Shown here one piece after another: positions 58,901 to 64,000 of a stretch of DNA of 64,000 nt. The notes under the pieces are model-generated. The model worked only from the letters and a program-made list of their open reading frames with translations. It searched no databases and was not told the origin of the DNA. Where the stretch lies: positions 264,822-328,821 of the forward strand of contig CAWGRQ010000024.1 in NCBI GenBank assembly GCA_963824985.1. Reading direction: 5' to 3'. The stretch is from Terriglobia bacterium. GTDB taxonomy: Bacteria > Acidobacteriota > UBA6911. The position numbers were made by a program, and so were the translations under genes. Position 1 is the stretch's first letter; each line of letters begins with the position of its first letter.

Positions 58901-59588
58901 GACAGGATCGGCGTTCGCATACGCCATTCCACCCGGCGGCGCGTTCGTGTTCCAGACCGACGGCTCTTCCCCGATCGCGCGCGCCGGTTCGATGATGCTG
59001 ACACCGGATGCGAACACCTCGAGCCCCGCCGGTTCTGCAATGATCGGACTCACGCAGCGCGGGATCCGGGTGACCGAATCGGGCGTGCCCGCCGCGACGC
59101 CCACGACGCACGCGCGCATTTACATCGATACGTCCGGGGGACACAACACCGGCCTGGCGCTCGCCGTTGCCGGCACCACAGGATCCATGATTGCAGTCGA
59201 GGCTTTCCAGGCCGACGGCGTCACCGCCGCAGGCGACGGCATGCATGTCCTCAGGCTCGATCCCCACGGGCACGCGGCGGCATTCGCCGACCAGCTGATC
59301 TCAGGACTGCCGCCGCGTTTCTCCGGCGTGCTGGACATCTACTCGCCGTATCTGCCGTTCGTCGCGCTGACAGTGCGCTCCATGATCAACTCGAGAAGGG
59401 ACTTCCTGCTGACGACATTCCCGGTGGCCGACCTGACCCAACCGGCGCCGGCGCCGGTCATCTTCCCGCAGATTGCCGACGGGGGCGGTTATCGGACGGA
59501 ATTCATCCTTTTAAGCGCAGGCACGGCATCGCGCACGACGATAAGGTTCCACAACCAGACGGGCGCCCCACTGGCGGTCGGCAAATAG
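55955..59588 (+). pseudogene. Large secreted S8 (subtilisin) peptidase with I9 propeptide, C-terminal FG-GAP/VCBS propeller and three beta-sandwich repeats; two frameshifts and one in-frame TAG
   Basis: Signal peptide plus I9 (55955-56491). G-run -1 shift near 56467. S8 motifs VIDTGCDVTHPDL, HGTHVAGT, GTSMAAPHVAG. In-frame TAG at 57685-57687 inside an FG-GAP repeat (DIDRDG*AEIPVG). FG-GAP VDLDGDGRREMIV, MDIDGDGRLEIAW. Shift near 58900. Confidence 0.6.
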
Positions 59589-59662
59589 CGGGGGTGCCGT
59601 ATCTGTATAATCCAGTTTTCGGATTAGAACAGCTCGCATGGACTAGCCCATTAGACTCGGCA

Positions 59663-59742
59663 CCTGGTTATACTGTCCCCTTTGCATCTCGAACAATATC
59701 AACGAGATAGAATGGGGACAGTATGGGGACAGTATAACCAGG
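59663..59742. repeat. IR-bounded small repeat element, copy 3 (perfect 18-bp TIRs CCTGGTTATACTGTCCCC / GGGGACAGTATAACCAGG)
   Basis: 80-bp element. Internal hairpin atctcg...cgagat. Tandem ggggacagtat duplication at the right end. Confidence 0.65.
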
Positions 59743-60059
59743 TACCAAGCTTTCACCATTGCTGATGAAGGCAATTGCCGGGCGGATTCGTCACGTTTTC
59801 CCCATCAGAAGGGGCCAATAATGCCAGCGAGCCTTCGTCCTTTTATCGCCGGCCGGTTATGTACGGGTAGCCGACTATTTGTCCAAGTGGATCGAATGCG
59901 TAAATGGGATTGCTGGTGACAACTTTCCTTGCAGCGCAGCAGATCGTGCCTAAAGCCTAAAACGCATGACGGCGCGCATTTATCGAGCGCATGTCCGATA
60001 AAAGCCGTTTTTATTCTTTTGCCTCAGTCGATAAATAACTTTACAATGTAAAGTCATCC

Positions 60060-62529
60060 ATGTTAAATCCCCAAGATATGTTGAGCAATATCTGGAATGA
60101 CCTGCTTCATGCCGCGCGCTCCCTGGCAAAAGCCCGAGCTTTTACATTTGTGTGCGTGGTGTCGTTGGGAATCGGCATGGCGCCCGTCATCGCGATTCCG
60201 TATGTCGCGCGAGCACTCACAATACAGCCGCCCGGCGTGAAAACCGAGGGACTGGTCGAAATCGACACGACGCGAGTGGGCCCGCGCGCGGCGACCGACA
60301 TTTGGTCTTATCCGGACTACGTCGATCTGCGCGACGCCAATACCGGAACCACGCTTGTGGGCTGGACGTACGGGCAAAGCGAAGTACAAAAAGACTCCGC
60401 GCGGGCAATGTTTGTCTCCACGAACTATTTCCAGACGATCGGCGTGACGCTGTTTCGCGGACCGGGCTTCAGCGCGACTGCCGAGCCTGCCGTGATTCTG
60501 GGATACCGGTACTGGCAGAACCATTTCGCCTCCGATCCGGACATCATCGGCAAGACGCTCACTCTGGACGACGTTCCGCATGTCGTGGCCGGCATCGCTC
60601 CGGAAGGATTTGATGGCCACGTCACTGGGAACGGAGAAGTAGCTGTCTTTCTTCCGCTCGAACGTAATCCGCGTTTTCGTACCGCCGGTGCCGACCGAAG
60701 CAAAGAGTGGGTGCTTATCCACGGACGCCTGATGCCCGGAGTCAGCGTGGCGCAGGCGAGCGCGGCCGTTTCCGCGGTCACATCGTCGTTGGCCAAACAG
60801 TATCCGTCGACGAACGAGAACAGGTCCGGCATCGCCGCCCCGTATGACGCATACGGCAATCTCGTGAAGTCGCGGCTTGCCGTCATTCAAGCGCTCGGGC
60901 TGACGCTGACCGGAATGATATTGCTGGTTGTGTGCCTGAATATCTCCGGCATGGTGCAGGTTCGCAGCGCGATGCGCGAGCGGGAACTGTCCATCCGCCA
61001 GGCGATCGGCGCCACGCGCCGGCAGCTGATCCAATATCTGTTGAGCGAAGCGATCATCATGGCCGGTCTTGGAGCGATCCTCGCGTCGCTCGTTTTGTTC
61101 AACCTTCCGTCGCTACGGTCACTGTTAACCGACGACCCGCTTCCGCCACAGGTGCAAGAGGTACTGAAAGTGAATCTGCCGACGGTCGGGTTCGCTGTGG
61201 GACTCTGCCTCCTGACCAGCCTCGTGTTCGGATTGCTGCCGGCCGTTCGCTTCAGTCGCCCGGTGATCCTCTCTGCCTTGAAAGACGATGTGGGCGTCGG
61301 GGGGCGGCGCGTAGGTCGAGTTCAGCGCGTGGCCGCGGCGTTGCAGGTTGCGATCGCGGTTCCGTTGATCGTGATGAGCGGCATCTCGCTCGATCGCGTC
61401 CGCGCCACCGCAACCGCCGACCTCGGATTCGCAGCGGACCTCTTGTACGCCGTGCCGTTGAAGGTCGACGACGCCAAGATCGCGAACGCGGATTCCCGAA
61501 TCCGCAGCGTCCGAGACGATCTCGCCAAGGCAGACGGTGTTGCCGCCGCAACTCTCGCGGACGGCCTGCCGCTGGATAACCGCGGTCACGGCGCGCGTAC
61601 CGCGCTGCAGCCGGAAGCGAACGAGGCGCCGAAGTTCGTTCATAGTTCACGTCACGCGCGTGGACAACGACTATCTGAACACGATGGGCATCCCGCTTTT
61701 GCGTGGCCGCGGTTTCGCGGCAGACGATCGAGCGGGCACGGAACTCGTCACCATCATTTCGAAGACGCTCGCCGAGAAACTCTTTCCGAATGCTGAAGCC
61801 GGCCAGGCGATCGGCAAGCGATTGATCTTCGGCAACGATGAAAAGACGACGCAGACGCTCACGGTTGTAGGTGTCAGCGGCGATTTCCCGACCGCGCAAA
61901 TGAGCTCGCCGCGAGAGCAGTTGCTGTTGCCGCTCGCGCAGCAACCGTCTCAGGAGCTGTTCCTGATTGCGCGCAGCAGGCCTGGCGAACCGCCACAGAA
62001 AATGACCGCGACGCTTGAAAAGGCGGAACGCGATTTCAATCCGGAGAACCGCGGCTTCGGATACGGCGACGACGGGGCGACTTACCCCACTGTGGTCACG
62101 GGAGTGTGGCTGCGGAAGAACAGCATGGACGACTTCCTGAGGGAGTCGGCCGTCGCGGCTGTCGCAGGCAGCGTCATCCTGACGCTGTCGGCGCTTGGAA
62201 TCTACGGCGTCGTCGGGTTGATGGTCGCGACACGTACGCGCGAGCTTGCGGTGCGCAGCGCGCTGGGCGCCTCGCGACGCCGCGTGCTTGGCATGGTCTT
62301 GTTCGACGTGGTGAAACTCGTGCTGCCCGGCGTGGTCGTCGGACTCATTCTCACGGCCGCGTTCATCCGCCTCAACGGCGAAAACATGGGCATCCCGCTC
62401 AGCAACGTGGAGTACCTGTCGTACGTCGTGGGCGCTGCGGTTGCCGTGCTCGTCGCGGTCGTCGCGAGCCTCGCTCCGGCCCGCCGCGCCGCCTCAGTCC
62501 AACCCATGGTCGCCATGCGCTCGGAATAA
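60060..62529 (+). CDS. MacB-like ABC transporter permease (two FtsX domains), one frameshift near 61644
   Basis: N-terminus MLNPQDMLSNIWNDLLHAARSLAKARAFTFVCVVSLGIGMAPVIA is typical of Acidobacterial MacB-like permeases. MacB periplasmic domain, then FtsX TM bundles. The frame switches between ORFs 60060 and 61537 at gttcatagttcac. Roughly 823 aa total. Confidence 0.65.
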
Positions 62530-62531
62530 AA

Positions 62532-62553
62532 GCGGATCGAATTACAGATCCGC
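62532..62553 (+). terminator. Hairpin gcggatc-gaattaca-gatccgc directly after the permease stop
   Basis: 7-bp perfect stem, 8-nt loop, 2 nt after the TAA. Weak downstream U-tract (aacgtttc). Confidence 0.35.
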
Positions 62554-62933
62554 AACGTTTCAAAACCTATCCAACGGCCTGCAAGCGCTGAAAAATGCCG
62601 CGTCCGCCGTCATCGATCTCTTGTCGTTTTCACGCGGCCCCATGAACTGCAGATACCCGTACTCCAGAACCAAGTCGAACTCTACAACCTCTGTTCCGGA
62701 GGCGGAGACGCTCGCGATCCGAAACACCAGTGCGGTTCCCCTGGAACCACGAAAAGCGGTTCACCCGCGAAATGTCGCCCGGCGTTTACCCACTGCGAGC
62801 GCGTCCTGCTCTCAGTTGTCGTATAACGGCCAAACCGGACAGAACCCGGCAAAGGATGCTGGGGAGGGGTTTTTGTACGGTAAGCGGACATAACCGGCCA
62901 AAATCCCGACTCTGAAAGTGCTAGAATCGATGT

Positions 62934-63512
62934 ATGACAAGAGCCATTCTTGCGTCCTGCCTTTCCTTAGCAGTACTCGGCCTGAGCTCCGCCTCACTGA
63001 AACTAACGTCAGCAGATAATGCGGGGTGGTCAAAACCCGTCAATGGTCTGCGTGCCCGTCTACTTGTCTTGGATCCACAGGAGCCGAATCCTCGATTCTG
63101 TCGCTTTTTTATCGAGTTTGAAAACGTCGCTGACGTTATGGGACAGAAGCACATCCGCTTCGCAACTCGCAAGATTAAATTGCGGGTTACCAACCAAACT
63201 GGAAAAGATTTGGCCATAGCAACTACCTCCTCTTACGATGGACTTTCTCCCGATTGGGAGGCAATCGCATTGCCGTACGCGGGGGTCGTGAAATTTCAGA
63301 TCAGTTTCCCCGGCCTCGGCTATAATCCGGCGACCGACAAGGTGATCATCGACGTTGGCGCTGGTGCGGCATGGGTCATCCCGCAAGACGACTCGATCTA
63401 TTATTTGTCGAGGACCCTCTCCATCGCACCAGAAGAGAGGGACCATCCGTACATGGATTGGAGCGGCGTTTTGGATTTGCCCAGAGTCGCCATCCCAAAG
63501 GCGAAGCAGTAG
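62934..63512 (+). CDS. Secreted hypothetical protein in a low-GC island
   Basis: Signal peptide MTRAILASCLSLAVLGLSSAS. The gene and its flanks (about 62880-63520) are visibly lower in GC than the rest of the window. No recognisable domain. Confidence 0.5.
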   Translation: MTRAILASCLSLAVLGLSSASLKLTSADNAGWSKPVNGLRARLLVLDPQEPNPRFCRFFIEFENVADVMGQKHIRFATRKIKLRVTNQTGKDLAIATTSSYDGLSPDWEAIALPYAGVVKFQISFPGLGYNPATDKVIIDVGAGAAWVIPQDDSIYYLSRTLSIAPEERDHPYMDWSGVLDLPRVAIPKAKQ

Positions 63513-63613
63513 CAGACGGTTGCCATCAAGCAGCGACTCAACGGCCGCTTTAGGAGAGATTGGCTGCCTTCCGCGGTTGCTCCGTGGGGCAGGCTCGCGA
63601 AGACTGAGAAGCC

Positions 63614-63662
63614 CGGATGTACCCACGAGAGTAGATTGTGCATGAAGCTCGCGGAGAGGCGT
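63614..63662 (-). repeat. 49-bp dispersed repeat, copy B (inverted partner of 30243-30291)
   Basis: See copy A. 45 of 49 identical in reverse-complement orientation. Confidence 0.6.
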
Positions 63663-63821
63663 TCGGCCCGGTGCAATCGTTGTCTGTCAAACATCCAGAA
63701 AATAGAAACTTCTGAACCTCACACCCCTTTTGGCCATCCAATGATATGCAATTTCCGTAGTATCCTGGTGCGCAGCCATCATGTCAGATATTGTGGCGGC
63801 TTTGCCGCCGTGGAGCCCGAT

Positions 63822-64000
63822 ATGAGAACGTTCATATTCGAAGTGAGCGCGCTGGCGGTCCTGCTCGGCACAGGGAGCGCGGCGGTTGCAACCAAGGCCG
63901 GTGTCCGGGATTCCGGCGCCTGGCTTCAGGAAGCACAGACCTCGCAGCGGCCCGGCCCCCCGGGGACCATTCGCGTACGCGTCCTTTTGATCCCTGTGGA
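63822..64000 (+). CDS. Hypothetical secreted protein (partial, runs off window end)
   Basis: ATG at 63822, signal-peptide-like MRTFIFEVSALAVLLGTGSAAVA. Open to the window end. Confidence 0.35.
   Translation, partial: MRTFIFEVSALAVLLGTGSAAVATKAGVRDSGAWLQEAQTSQRPGPPGTIRVRVLLIPV

Noticed and set aside
1-64000. CRISPR array
   Set aside because: No regularly spaced direct repeats of 24-48 bp were seen. The tandem repeats found (33552-33593, 35091-35133) have roughly 10-bp units without spacers.

Overview
High-GC bacterial chromosomal segment. The gene families present point to Acidobacteria: a GWxTD protein, a VWFA-related Acidobacterial-domain protein, a carboxypeptidase-regulatory-domain TonB receptor, a MacB/FtsX permease and many Hanks-type Ser/Thr kinases. 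Contents from 5' to 3': (1) Housekeeping and secreted proteins: TPR/NHL protein, M14 carboxypeptidase, DUF2585 membrane protein, hotdog thioesterase. (2) A sulfide/persulfide module: rhodanese, an ArsR(SqrR/BigR-like)-rhodanese fusion, an IscS-like cysteine desulfurase, sulfide:quinone oxidoreductase, a DsrE-like protein and a SAM methyltransferase; the regulator and the desulfurase carry frameshifts. (3) A Ser/Thr kinase / CsgG-like / Ser/Thr kinase trio. (4) A PP2C phosphatase plus a 1357-aa TPR kinase immediately upstream of a compact type VI secretion membrane-complex/baseplate operon (tssJ-tssK-tssL-tssM). No sheath, tube, spike or ClpV genes are present in the window. A 48-bp relic of a second tssM 3' end and a small IR-bounded repeat element lie just downstream. 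(5) From about 30 to 45 kb, a decayed segment: a multiply frameshifted S9 peptidase (an intact paralog sits at 49.9-52.1 kb), a COG1943/IS200-like Y1 transposase pseudogene bounded by perfect 16-bp inverted repeats built from short tandem units, a shattered TonB-dependent receptor, a degraded AbiEii/HTH locus next to an intact Phd-VapC pair, and a frameshifted LamG-GH127 glycosidase. (6) A third Ser/Thr kinase with FHA partners, including an FHA-FHA-TM-lytic transglycosylase fusion. (7) An IS1595-like remnant. (8) A VWFA gene split by a 270-bp MITE with 31-bp TIRs and a TAA target-site duplication; precise excision restores the reading frame. (9) A roughly 1200-aa S8 peptidase/FG-GAP protein carrying two frameshifts and an in-frame TAG. 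(10) A MacB-like permease and a low-GC orphan secreted protein. Several dispersed repeat families and exact or near-exact sequence duplications are present. Many of the frameshifts sit in homopolymer runs, so sequencing error cannot be separated from real pseudogenization using the sequence alone. No tRNA, rRNA or CRISPR array was found.
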